Origin: Malacoraja senta
Lineage: Eukaryota
NCBI GenBank assembly: GCA_038087875.1
Contig: CM075989.1
Span: 20,028,001-20,092,000 of the forward strand
Reading direction: 5' to 3'
Length of the DNA stretch: 64,000 nucleotides
Notes under the pieces: model-generated
Told to the model about the DNA's origin: nothing
The model's input: only the letters and a program-made list of their open reading frames with translations
The model's database searches: none
Shown here: piece by piece, positions 1-64,000 of the stretch
Position numbering within the stretch: the first letter of the stretch is position 1
How the letters are laid out: every line of letters starts with the position of its first letter
Made by a program: the position numbers and the translations under genes

Positions 1-282
1 ACGTACAGGTTTGTAGGTTAATTAGCTTCGTAAATGTAAAAATTGTCCCTAGTGGGTGTAGGATGGTGTTAATGTGCGGGGATTGCTGGTCGGCGCGGAC
101 CCGGTGGGCTGAAGGGCCTGTTTCTGCTCTGTATCTCTAAATAAAACTAAACTAGACCAGGGAACATATAAACTACATATAGACAACACCCATATTCAGG
201 ATTGAACTCCTGACACATAAGTCTTTTTATTTTTACTTATTTTTTACATTTTATTTGGAATTTAAAAAAATCATATCTTTAG

Positions 283-535
283 AAATGACATGGGGAGGAA
301 GTTCTTTAGTCAGAGGGTGGTAAATATGTGGGATTCATTGCCACAGATGGCTGTGGAGGTAAGTCATTGTGTATTTTTGAGGAGGAGATTGATAGTTACT
401 TGGTTAGTATGGGTGTCAGGGGTTCTGGGAAGAAGGCAGGAGAATGGGGTTAGGAGGGAGAGATAGATCAGCCATGATTGAATGGCGGAGTAGACCCGAT
501 GGGCCGAATGGCCTACTTCTGCTCCTATGACTTAG
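283..535 (+). mobile_element. CR1 (HER1-like) LINE 3' fragment
   Basis: ttctttagtcagagggtggt...gatcagccatgattgaatggcgg...gggccgaatggcc 3' end, recurring across the window. Confidence 0.8.
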
Positions 536-1854
536 GGAAGTATGAATGTTCTGAAAAATCAAAGGTGCAAGTCAGGATTGTGATTGAATATCACAACGTG
601 ATTGTGATTGAAGCTCAACGTCAGGTGGGATGAGGCAGTGTGTCTGGTTGGAACCCAAGGCATTTCTTCTCTCAATCCAACCTAAAAACACTCAGCAAAA
701 AAACACAAGGCTGGAGGGACTCTGCAGGTCAGTTTAGTTTACCATCACGTGTACTGAGGTACAGTGAAAAGCTTTGGGCGATAGTGGCGGGATCGGCATC
801 TATGGAGGGAATGCACCGTTTAGGTCAGGATCCTTCCTCACAATGAAGGGTCCCGATCCAAAAAATGTCTATTCATTCCCTCCACACATGCTACCTGACC
901 CATTGAGTTATAGAGTCATAGACTGATGCAGTGTGGAAACAGGCCCTTCGGCCCAACTTGCCCACAATCGGCTAACATGTCCCAGCTACACTAGTCCCAC
1001 CTACCTGCGTTTGGTCCACCTTATGAATAAGAGTTCCACCTATCTTCGTAAGGTCATAAATTCTAGGAGCAGAATTAGGCCATTTGGCCCATCATCTACT
1101 TCACCATTCAATTGTGGCTGGTCTATCCTTCCCTCTCAACCCTGTTCTCCTGCCTTCTCCCCATAACCTCTCACACCCTTGCTAACCAAAGGTGTTAATA
1201 GCACCATTACTAACCTTCTGCTTTCGGCTCAAGATTCCAGCAACTGCAGTTTCTTGTGTCTCCAGCCTAACAACATTCTTCTTCAGAAGGTTTCTGCGGC
1301 AATTTTAAAAAGTGACTCGCTCTTCCCACCTTAAGGGAAAATTGGGATTAGGTTGCAGATTCTGTCCTGAAAAGTGAACAAATGAAACTGTATTTGGAGG
1401 CTGAATGTCACGTCTGTGATTCTGGCTCAGCCAACGTCAGCACTCTGACCCATCAGTGGACGTGAAGCTGTCATCTCCCAAACGATCATTAACCTTTATT
1501 TCCTTGTGTGATCTTCCACAAACAGTTTCCAACTTGATCTCCCACTTTTCATTATGGAATGTTGGCACCTTTATTCGTTCCCTCTTCCCAAGGGTTCAGA
1601 TTGAACCACCTCTGAAATCGTGGGATTCTTCACTCCAGTCCAATCCACACAGCATGATCAGTGCTTGCCAGAGGAGTGGTTAATGTTTGACCAAAGAACC
1701 TCCAACCTGAAAGCCAACAGTGATAATGGCACCACTTTCTTTCCCCTGTCCTCACTTCCATGTTTTACTAATCCCATGACGTTTAGTAACATTGCTGGAA
1801 AGTCTCCATTTTGACATTATTTTGCCCAGGAATCTTTCGCTCAGCTAGACAGCA

Positions 1855-2950
1855 ACTTACCCACTATGCCACGGTAGCCCTGCCTATCCAAATGCATTTA
1901 TATCTTATCCCTTAGAATCCTCTCCAGTAACATTCCTACCACAAGAGGTTAAGGGCCTGTCCCACGAGCATGCGACTGGATGCAGCAAGCGTGACCTAAC
2001 GTGGTCGCTTGAGCCGTACAGCCTCGCGGGGCCGGTCCCACTTCGATCGCCGGAGCCGTATGGAGTTGTGCGGAGCTGGTCCCGACATCGCGCGGGGCTC
2101 CGAAAAACCGACACTGTTCAAAAATTCCGCGCGGCAACGGCCTGCCGGCCCGTAGCCGCCTCGACGCCGTATGCACCGCCTCGATGGGCGTGTGCAGCGT
2201 CTCGACACCGTACGCAGCGTCTTGACGCCATACGTCACGCGCGAGCTTCCCGCGGACTTCGCTCGAACTTCACGTCACTCACTCGACCTCCGCGCGGCCC
2301 CCGCTTCCGGTTTGGTCGCGCTCGCCGCATGCAGCCGCATGCTGGTGGGACCGGCCCTGTGCGGGGATCACTCGTTCTCCGCGCGGCCCCCGCTTCCGGT
2401 TTGGTCGCGCTTGCCGCATGCAGTCGCATGCTCGTGGGACAGGCCCTTTAGGCTCACTGGTCTATAGTTCCCAGGCTTTCTCTTGCAGCCCTTCTTAAAC
2501 AGAGGCACAACATTAGCCACCCTCCAGTCTTCTGGCACCTCACCCATCTTTAATGATGGTCCATATATCTCAACTAGGGCGTTTGCAATTTCTTCTCCAG
2601 TTTTGCACAGCATCCTCTGATATATCTGACAAAGGCCAGGAGATTTATCGACCTTCATACACCTTAGGGTGTTCAGCACCTTGTCGACCATAATACGAAT
2701 GTCCTCAAGACATCTTCTTTAACTGTCACAAGTTCCTTGTCTTTCTTCACACTAAAAACAAAGGAGAAATACTCATTGAGGACCTTGCCCATCTCCAGCA
2801 GCCCCACACAGACATGACTGTTTCGGTTTCTGACGGGCCTTATTCTCTCTCTAATTACTCTCTTTCTCTTTATGTATTTATAAAATTTCTTAGCTATCTC
2901 TTGGCCCATTTCTGCTTGGCCCATATTTCCTTCTTATGTATGCTCCTCCA
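1855..2950 (-). mobile_element. CR1 LINE ORF2 fragment, split by a MITE
   Basis: Translation EVPEDWRVANVVPLFKKG...PGNYRPVSL|T is typical of CR1 ORF2. Confidence 0.88.
1952..2447. mobile_element. PIF/Harbinger-type MITE
   Basis: TIR AGGGCCTGTCCCACGAGCATGCGACTG; TTA TSD at 1949-1951 and 2448-2450; removing it restores CR1 codons S-L-T. Confidence 0.88.
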
Positions 2951-2967
2951 GGGATACACTGACCGAA

Positions 2968-3320
2968 TAGTGAAATGCCTGGATAAAGTGGACGTGGAGA
3001 GGATGTTTCCACTAGTGGGAGAGTCTAGGTCCAGAGGTCATAGACTCAGAATTAAAGGACGTTCCTTTAGGAAGGAGATAAGGAGGAATTTCTTTAGTCA
3101 GAGGGTGGTGAATCTGTGGAATTCATTGTCACAGAAGGCTGTGGAGGTGAAGTCAATGGATATTTTTAAGGCAGAGATAGATAGATTCTTGATTAGTGTG
3201 GGTGTCAGAGGCTATGGGGAGAAGGCAGGAGAATGGGGTTAGGAGGGAGAGACAGATCAGCCATGTATGTAGACGTGAATGGGCCGAATGGCTTAATTCT
3301 GCTCCTGTTATATAATCACT
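2968..3320 (+). mobile_element. CR1 LINE 3' end
   Basis: Translation RMFPLVGESRSRGHRLRIKG...[13 protein letters not shown]. Confidence 0.88.
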
Positions 3321-4360
3321 TGATCCCTTCTGCCTATACCTGTTCCATGCCTCCATTATCCTGACCAGAGCCTCAATCTCTCTGGTCATCAAGCCTCCTT
3401 ATGCCCACCTGTCTTGCCCTTCATTCTACATGAACATGCGTGTCCTGAACTCTTGTCATCACACTTTTAAGAGCATCCTACTTTCCGGTCCTTTGCAAAC
3501 AAACAACCTACTCCAATCAAGTTTAGCAAGTTCCTGTCTAATACAATCAAACTTGGCCTAGCTTGAATTCCGAATTTTAACTTGGGGCCCGCCCTGTCTT
3601 TATCCATAACTATTTTAAAGCTGATAGAACAGCGGTTGCTGAAGACAGACACAAAGTGTTGGAGTAGCTCAGCGGGACAGGCAGCATCTCTGGAGGGAAG
3701 GAATGGGTGACGTCTCGGGTCGAGACCTGTCTTCAGACTGAGAGTCAGGGGAGTGGGAGACACAGAGATATGGTCGGGGAAGTGTGAAAACATAGATCAA
3801 AGGGCTCGATCATCAAGGAAATGTAGAATGGTACATTGTTGATCCCAAAGGGTTCCTCCACAGACACTTCAGTCCCTTCCCTTCCTAATTTACCAAGAGT
3901 CAATAAAGCTTTGCCCTCTCCAGTGTAGGGCCCTCTACATATTGCCTGAGGAAACTGTACTGAACACATTTGACTAATTCCACCCCGTCTAAGCCCTGGG
4001 CACTATGACAGTCCCAGTCTATATTGGGAAAGTTAAAATGCCTCAATATAACAACCCTATTAGTCTTGCAGCTGTTTGCAATCTCCCAGCATATATATAT
4101 ATATATTAATTCCCATTCACTCCCAATAAGATGCCCATCTCCTTTTTATTTCTCAGTTCTACCCCCATATGGCCTCTCTGGACAAACCATGAGTAATTAT
4201 ACCTACATTCTAAAAGATAAAACGCAGAAAAACAGGACATTAGTCCAAATATATAATTAAGACCATAAACCCAAGACCATAGTAGTGCTAGAGTTGGGCG
4301 AGATAGTATTTTGTTGTCAAAGTTGGATTAGCGTTGTGCACGTTGGTTCAAGCACCTGCT

Positions 4361-4895
4361 AGTTTAGTTTAGTTTAGAAATACAGCGCGGAAACAGGCCC
4401 TTCGACCCACCGAGTCCACGCCGACCAGCGATCCCCGCACACTAACACTATCCTACACACGCAAGGCACAATTTACAATTTGACCAAGCCAATCAACATG
4501 CAAACCTGCGCGTCTTTCGATCCTGTTGGAGATCCCGGAGAAAATCCAAGCAGGTCACGGGGAGAACGTACAAACTCCGTACAGACAAGCACCCGTAGTC
4601 AGGATCGAACGTAGGTCTCTGGCGCTGTAAAGGGCCTGTCCCACTTTCACGTCCTAATTCACGACCCTTTTTTACTCGTGGACATTTTTCATCATGCTAG
4701 AAAAACGCCCCGACCTACTTGATGCCACGAGTACCTACGACTAGCATCACGGCCTGCTACGACCTCCTACGACCTCGTGACGACCATGCTGAGAGTATGA
4801 GTCAAGGGCAAACTCGGCAGAGGTCGTGAATTAGGTTGTGAAAGTGGGACAGGCCCTTTAGGCCGCAACTCTACCACTGCTCCACCGTGCTGCCT
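4361..4895 (-). mobile_element. tRNA-derived V-SINE (HE1-like), interrupted by a MITE
   Basis: (CTAAA)n tail, CR1-like 3' end, A and B boxes. Confidence 0.85.
4631..4857. mobile_element. PIF/Harbinger-type MITE inside the V-SINE
   Basis: TIR AGGGCCTGTCCCACTTTCAC; flanks TAA / TTA. Confidence 0.85.
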
Positions 4896-5169
4896 TGTAG
4901 TTGTAGGAAAATATATCTTCCTGATCCTGGTGGTGTTGGACATCAAGCTTCTGTACCTCCTGCCTGACAGTAGCAGTGAGGAGAGAGCAGGGTGGTGGAG
5001 ATCCTTGATGGTCGATGCCACCATCTTGGGGCAGCGCCTCATGTTGCTGCTCTTGATGGAGGGGCGAGTGATGGACCGGCCCGAGTTCCCCACTCACTGC
5101 AGCCTCGTGTGTGTTAGAACTGCCGTACGATGCCCTTTCACTGAAATATTTTCCGTCGCCTTACGACAG

Positions 5170-56659
<51,490 letters not shown>

Positions 56660-56771
56660 ACATCGAGACAAAAAATTAATGTTAAAACTGAAAAAATCAA
56701 CTTGCTTCCAGAATTTCACGGTTTGAAGACTACAGAGACTAACAGAATGCATAATCCAGGAGAAATATGAA

Positions 56772-56777
56772 AATAAA
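56772..56777 (+). terminator. Candidate polyadenylation signal of NNT
   Basis: AATAAA about 112 nt after the stop codon, followed by a T/GT-rich tract. Confidence 0.6.
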
Positions 56778-59700
56778 TATTTTACTGTATTATTTGCATT
56801 CAGTTTATCTGTTTGTTATTCCTATTGCTTTTTGTTGGTTAGTTCCGGTCAGGAGTCTTTCACCAAATCGCAGTGATCCAATTCTAGATTTGATCACTGA
56901 TTGCTGGTATGTAGGGGACTTCAAGTTGGCTTGGAAAAGAAGGGCATGGGGGGCTGTTTGTTTGATTAGAACAAGTAGAAGTGTATGTCTAGGAAAGACC
57001 TGCAGATGCAGGTTTAAATCAAGGGTAGACACAAAATGCTGGAGTAACTCAGCGGGACAGGCAGCGTCTCCAGAGAGAAGGAATGGGTGACTTTTCGGGT
57101 CGAGACCCTTCTTCAGACTGAAACTCATGGGTGTATGTCTGTACCTCTGTCCCTGGCTTGAATTTTTCTTTTCATCTTCAACCAATCCTTTCATTTTCTT
57201 CTGGGGGGAAAAATTGGGGATAATGAATTAAAATGAGGCGAATGAAAAGGAACTTATTTTTATGCCAAGTTGATCAGAAAGCTTTACAAATCTGCATTAA
57301 TTGGTTTGAAACCAGTGTTATATTTTGGCTTAGATGGAATCAAATATTTAGTTTTGAACGACCAGGAATGAGTACCACATTGGAATCAAGTTCTGTCTGT
57401 TGGAGTAGAACGTAAAAAGCAGAGTGTCGCTGTGTCCCCTCAAACCTGCCCCTCTATTCAGTAAGATCATGTCTGACCTGCCCATACCGTTTCCAATCCC
57501 TTGCAACATCTGTGTTGGCCCAGTCAACACAGAGAATCTCGTCCCTCTGGAAAGAAATTTCCCCTCATACTTGGCAGGCCTTGCCCCACCCCCACCTTTC
57601 TTCCATCTGGCTGAAGAAGGGACCTGGCCCAAAACGCCAGCTATCCATGTCCTCCAGAGATGCTGCCTGACCCGCCTCCAGCTTCTGCAGTTCCTTGTGT
57701 CTTCTCGTTGTAATTCAACCCCTTATGACACTAATTCTGCACCATCTTACTCGGGGAGCAATGGCTCGCATGTAGTAACTCACACCAGACTCGTGATTTT
57801 TACTGATTCCAGAGAGGGGGGAGGGCTCATTCCTGTTGGAGGCAATGTGATTAAGCAGAATGTATGATGATGGTGTAAGTGAACGGGAGATTAATACAGA
57901 CAGAACAGGAATTCCAGGAGGGGAACGCAACAGTTAGTAGTTGCTCAGCAGAAAGGAACAATATTATTAACAACCATCACTTGTGTGACCAGCCTATAGT
58001 GCCCTGCAAGGATTTGGCAACTCTTTAATTATTGATGCAAACTAATTTGCAAAACTGACGTTAGATAAAAGATGCTTAATAAATGCCTTTCTGATCCAAA
58101 AATCCCCAAAGTGGTTTAATGCCATCTAAGTACTATTGAAGGCTTTGTCCCACCCCACCTCTCTTTTCCAGCTTTCTCCACCCTTACTATCAGTCTGAAG
58201 AAAGGTCCAGACCCGAAACATCGTCTGTCCATTCCCTCCGCAGATGCTGCCTGGCCTGCTGAGTTCCTCCAGTACTTTGCGTTTGGCTCTAGATTCCAAC
58301 ATCTGCAGCTCTCTGCGTCCCCAATTGCAATGTTCACGGCAAACGTCCGACAAACAGCAATGTGAGAATCTCCAGATAAACTCTCTTATTTTAGCGATAA
58401 TTTGAGGGAGACATGGACCAGAAGGCCACCTGCTTCCCTTTACTATAGCACCATGGGATCTATTACATCGCCTGAGATGGTGTCATAGCTCACTGTTTGC
58501 ATGCTGGCACATTTCACAGTAATCGTATCTCTTACTTGTGTACAGGAGTTGTCAGCTTAGACATTATGCACTCGGGTCTCTGCAGTGAGATTTGAACTCA
58601 ATGCCTTTTAGGAACCCAAGAAGCAAGAATGATTTCAACTGAGCCATGCCTGACACGCATTGGTAGGTAAGTCTGTCAAAACATGGGGTTATGTTTAAGA
58701 TCTATGTTCAAAAATTTAGGTTAACCAATGTTAAATCACAAAAAGGGCTCGTGTTCATGGAACTTTAGGAGACTTAAGTTATATAAAAGCCAATGTCATA
58801 GTTTTTAACCCTCCCTTTGGTGTTGATATTAACAATGCCAACTATGAGTGCAACTGATATTAGCTTCATGCTATAAAGTATGAAAATAGAGAAATTGCTG
58901 TTAATTTATTTTTAATTATGAAGTAGAGATTTGAACGGCATTTTGAAGGAGAGTTCTTGTCATTTTGTGGGGCGGGCTTCAATAGAGGTGAATTGTGAAG
59001 ATATTAGTTCTCTACATCAGCAGAACCAGAACATTATGTGACAGTGTGTCGAAAAATAGTCAAAACATGGTGGAAAATAATGGACTGAAAAGAACAGATT
59101 TATAGATTTGTACTTAAAAGTTGGCTTTTGGAACAATTAACATCGTTTTTCATTGTAAATGGACTTCTTGAACAGACTTTGAAAATGTGCTTCCATATTG
59201 TATTTTCAATGTGAATGAGCTAATATTAATTACAGAAAAACTATATCAATATTTTTTGCTGTCATCATTATAACTTAAGCTAAGGAAAATTTATTGAGCA
59301 TGGACTAGCTTGATAAATAGTTTCAGCTCAAAAGAGCTTCATTTCATGCAAGACTATAACTACAAAGATATTATGTGACTAAAACAAAGCCAAGCAGATG
59401 GCCCACATTGCTCGAAATTAATTCACTCCATGACTCATCAGTGCAATTGTTTTGCATTAAGCTCTGTTTAAAATTAAAATGGTCTGGAGATTGCAGCTAA
59501 ACACAACAGAACAGCGGTTAATGCTTACTATTCCTAAAAAGTTAATTGATGAACAAGAAAGACTTCATTATGACGACTTGTTTATAACAGTCCTTCTAAG
59601 TCAATTCAACTGGATTGAAGGCACAGGGAACTGCAGATGCTGGTTGACAAGAAAATACTCGAGAAGGGTCTCTGCCTCAGAGGGCGGTGGAGGCAGGTTC

Positions 59701-61703
59701 TCTGGATGCTTTCAAGAGAGAGCTAGATAGGGCTCTTAAAAATAGCGGAGTCGGGATATGGGGAGAAGGCAGGAACGGGATACTGATTGGGGATGATCAG
59801 CCATGATCACGTTGAATGGCGGTGCTGGCTCGAAGGGCTGAATGGCCTACTCCTGCACCTATTGTCTATTGTCTATCACATATCGCGACCGCTCCACACA
59901 TTCAAATCTCTGCTCCTACAGCAACATTTCTTACCTGTCTGATGAGAAGCTTTTGGCAGATGGGTGGATAAAGGCCAGAGATGAGAAAAAAACTAAAGGC
60001 TGTGAGATAAGGAGAGAAAGAGGGTAAATTGTGAAGCCTGAGGGTATAAGTGGAAGGGGATGGGGGTGGGGAAAGAGGAAAGGGGATGATTAATCTAGAT
60101 TGAAGATGGCTCTACAGTTCTGATGAGGCCAGTGTGGGCATGATAGACTCTTCCACAGATGGGATAGGAGGTGCCTGGTTGGGTTGGTGGGAGGTTTGAG
60201 GTGGTGCAGCCTTTCCACTGGTTTCACACGAGTCCCATTCGCTCCCACCCCCCCAGTCCACGTGTGTGAGATTTGTCAGCTCCGACCTGAGTTGTCAAGG
60301 GCCAAGAATTCCTCGAGGTCAGTGAGAAGGCAACATTTCATCAAGTTAGAAACCTTTATACAGTACAGAAACAGGACCTTCCACCCAACTCCTCCATGCC
60401 GATAAAGAAGTCCCATTTGCCCGCATTTGGCCCGTATCCCTCTAAACCTAAGATAGTCTCAAAATGCTGAAGTAACTCAGTGGCACAGGCAGCATCTCTG
60501 GAGAGAAGGAATGGTTGATGTTTCAGGTTTCTTCAGACCTTTCCTATCCATGTACCTGTCCAAATGCCTTTTAAATATTGTTACTGGAACTGCCTCAAGA
60601 AACTTTGAGAGCATTGTTGATTTTTTTTCCCTAGTCCACCAAAACAGCCGGGACACGTGGATTTGTTTTGAAAATCTGGTGTTGAATGACAATTCATAGT
60701 CACACAGCATGGAAACAGGCTCTTCGGCCCAACTTGCCCACACCGACCAACATGCCCCATCCACCTGCCTGCATTTGGCCCGTATCCCGCTAAAACTCTA
60801 TATAGTTTTTAATAAGGATTTCCAGTGCTGCAGATGCTGGGTTGCTTATCATTGATCTCACAGGGGTAGCGATGTCTTTCTAATGCCTTAAGGTGTCCGT
60901 TGAAGTCTCAGAAACACATGGGAAAGCAGGGATAACTGTCACCTGGTGGACCATGAATTTGTTTTAGGTTTCAGGTCTTGATTTCAACACACTTTTCCTC
61001 AATCTGTCAAAAGCTTTATCTCTAAACTAAAACTAAACTAGAGAGAGAGAGAGAGAGAGAGACACCTCTCCCTAGCTCCATCCACAGCTCTGCTGTTTCT
61101 TGCAATGTATAAGAGGCGCAGTCTCACTCCACAATGCCTTCGGGGGCAGCTTGCATTAAGAGCACCACTGGACTCGACGACATGGGAGGACAGCAAGGTA
61201 GCTGCGTCTGGTTGAGGTAAGTGCAGGGATGTGGGTTTACAGAACACACAGACATTGCAGACTGCAGCACAATACAGCCCTTCAGTTTGCTCTGAGTACT
61301 TTATTCAACATTGGATATTAACCGTTTGCAGCGGGTCGAGCTGCTGCCTCGCGGCGCCCGAGACTCTGGTTATGAATCTGACCTCGGGTGCTGTCTGCGT
61401 AGAGTTTGCACGTTCTCCCTGTGATCGTGCGGTTTTCCGACCCGTGCTCCAGTTTCCTCTCACGTCCCAAAGACGTGCGGGTTTGTAGGTTAATTAGCCT
61501 CTTGTAAATTGACCCTAATGTGTAGGGAGTGGATGAGAAGGTGGGATAACAGAACTAATGTGACCAGGTGTCCGCTGATCGCTGTGCCATGTATCTCTAA
61601 AAGTAAAACTAAAATTAAAAAAGATTGTATACATTTGAACTTCATATACTGACCCTTCACTTCCTACATTAAAAAAAAACAGTTGTCATTAAAATTTTAA
61701 ATA

Positions 61704-61999
61704 GGGCGGCACGGTGGCGCAGCGGTACAGTTGCTGCCTTACAGCGGCGGAGACCCGGGTTAGATCCTGACTACGGGTGCTGTCTGTACGGAGTTTGTAC
61801 GTTCTTCGTGACCTGAGATCATCAGTTTCCTTCCACACTCCAAAGACGTACAGGTTTGTTGGTTAATTGGCTTGGTAAAAATGTAAAATTGTCCCTAGTG
61901 TGTGTAGGATAGTGTTGGTGTGTGGGGTTCGCTGGTTGGCGCGGACTCGGTGGGCCAAAGGGCCTGTCTCCGCGCTGTGTCTAAACTAAACTAAACTAA
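61704..61999 (+). mobile_element. V-SINE (HE1-like), full length
   Basis: GGGCGGCACGGTGGCGCAGCGG start, B box, (CTAAA)n tail. Confidence 0.9.
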
Positions 62000-64000
62000 A
62001 AATAAGGGTTATGAAACCAACGGAAAAGAATATTTATGTTCTCCAAATGTGCGACACTGTAAGCAAAACCTCTCTTCAAAATCAATCTATGGTGCTCATC
62101 AATTCAATGTGCAACCAATAAATTTGGGTAATAAATCTTGCTGAACAACTCAAAAATCAGAGTAATTAAAAGACAAACGTCTGCAAAACAACAAAGTGAT
62201 AAGAACTAAGTGGTTGGTGAAAGAATAATATCTTGCAATCTAATCTGCTAGTACCACTGATTAAAATGAGTGGTGAACCAAGTTCCTAAGAAACCTGCCT
62301 GGACAAGAAAATCTGTCCATCCTATTTAACAACATAATATTTTTTACCAAGCAAGTGTCTCATTTATTAATGTCAACTAATCATTCTTTTATGCACCATG
62401 CTCATGTATTACATCTAATTAATTAAAAAAAATAACCTTTCAGTGCATGTCTAATTCTATTGACGTTTGCGAGATGAAACCTGCACTCTGAAGCCAAATG
62501 AAAAACTGTTGTTGCTTTCTTAATCATTACCACTTGCGTGGATTTTTTTTTTTGTTAAAGCTGCAAGGGAAAATAAAAGATTCTTTAGGCCCCAGTGGCG
62601 GTAATCCAAGTTGGCAGTCCTGAGACGTTGGGGCTCCAAGCCTTCAACCTGAAGAACTGTCAGGTCCCTGGCCACAGTCCAAGCTGCATACCTTCAGACA
62701 ATAAGATTCCAGATTTGATGAAGAGTATATTCTGGCCTTGGTCGCCACAATCCTCCGAGATTCCGGATGGAAACGAGAAGCATTCCTGGCATGACTACAT
62801 CCAGAAATCCCTCTTGGTTTGTCCTTGCTTCATTGCCAGTCCAAAATTGATTAACTCTATATCACCAGCTGCAGCTTGGTAGTTCTTATTATGACTCAAA
62901 CCCATCAAAAGCAATAACAATTTTTTCAGTCTTCTGCACTCTCCAAAAAATGCCATCCCACTCGTGTAACGCGAGGACAACCTGCATCAATCACGCATGG
63001 ATCTGAAGACTTATCGTTGACCTTCCCTTACGGTAAAAACACGAGTGATTAAATTACTGATCTAAGGCTGAAGAAAAACGTCCTCTGTCCATTCCGTCTC
63101 CAGATGGACATGGCACGGTGCCGCTAACTAATGCTCACAGGGGAAGATAACATAGGACAACAGAAGACACACATGGCCATTGAGGACCAGCGTTAACCAA
63201 TTGGCCTGAATGGCCTTCTGCTTTGGCAGCACAGTGGCGTAGCGGTAGATTTGCTGCCTTACAGTGAGAAGAGACCTGGGTTGGATCCTGACAATGGGTG
63301 CTGTCTGTATGGAGTTTGCACATTCTCCCCATGACCTGCAGGGGTTTTCTCCGGGTGTTCCGGTTTCCTCGCACATTCCAAAGATGTACAGGTTTGTAGG
63401 TTAATTGGCTTTGGTAAAATTGTCAAATATCTTTCATGTGTAGGATAGTGTTAGTGTGCGGGGATCGCTGGTCGGTGCGGACTCGGTGGGCCGAAGGGCC
63501 TGTGTCCGCGCTATGTCTCGAAACTAAAACTAAAACCCATTCAGTTCATCCAGCACTCGTTTGGCTGGTAATTAAATTATTAGGCTAGCAATAAATAATA
63601 TAGTGTAACATCTAATCACCTGCTGCATTGTACGTTATATTATACTGAATTTTGAAGTCCAATTTCATGGATTAAGAATAAACATTTTAAAGTGGTGCTG
63701 TTAAAGATGTCTTTAATTTATGCTGAAGCGAACATGAGTTTAAGTGTGCTTTGCTGTTGTGTATACATAGTTGTTTTAATACTTATTTTTTGTGTTCTTC
63801 ATTGCAATAGTCTGTGTTTTACCATAGCTTCCCTTAGTCATTTATAGGACTTTGGGTAATCTGCATTTGGAGTATTGCATGCAGTTCTAATCACCCTATT
63901 TACAGGAAGGATGGAGAGGCTTTGGAAAGGGTGAGGAGGATGTTTAGCAGAATGATACCTGGATTAGAGTCATGGATTAATACAGCGTGGAAACAGGCCC

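Noticed and set aside
1270..1850. Candidate first coding exon (mitochondrial transit peptide)
   Set aside because: I found no convincing ATG-initiated amphipathic leader ending in a phase-1 GT donor; the exon is probably upstream of the window.
1905..2467. Overlapping GC-rich ORFs (also 9448-10055, 14076-14691, 43290-44029)
   Set aside because: These are stop-poor interiors of MITEs or retroposons with no transposase or other recognisable motif.
62795..62980. 61-aa minus-strand ORF as an FGF neighbour gene
   Set aside because: It has no FGF core motifs; synteny expectation alone is not evidence.

Overview
Vertebrate genomic DNA, most likely from a cartilaginous fish (skate/ray); this is inferred from the HE1/V-SINE, CR1 (HER1-like) and Penelope repeat content. 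The window holds 20 GT-AG coding exons (5170-56659, + strand) of a mitochondrial NAD(P) transhydrogenase gene. Its residues resemble the second fish paralogue (nnt2) more than mammalian NNT, judged from recalled sequences. The first coding exon (transit peptide) was not found and probably lies upstream. Three single-base indels cluster at 18.7-20.3 kb: a mutually compensating +1/-1 pair and one uncompensated -1, most likely assembly errors. The introns are packed with transposable elements: about 25 V-SINE copies, CR1, Rex1/Babar, L2 and RTE fragments, six PIF/Harbinger MITEs, a hAT-like element, a Helitron, two young CORE-type SINEs and Penelope GIY-YIG remnants. The most striking non-coding signal is a family of more than 20 short, often hairpin-shaped, Penelope-derived elements. 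Each carries a minimal hammerhead-ribozyme core (CTGANGA-stem II-GAAACGTC), and at least eight are flanked by their own 10-17 bp target-site duplications. Most entries in the ORF track are spurious or TE-derived.
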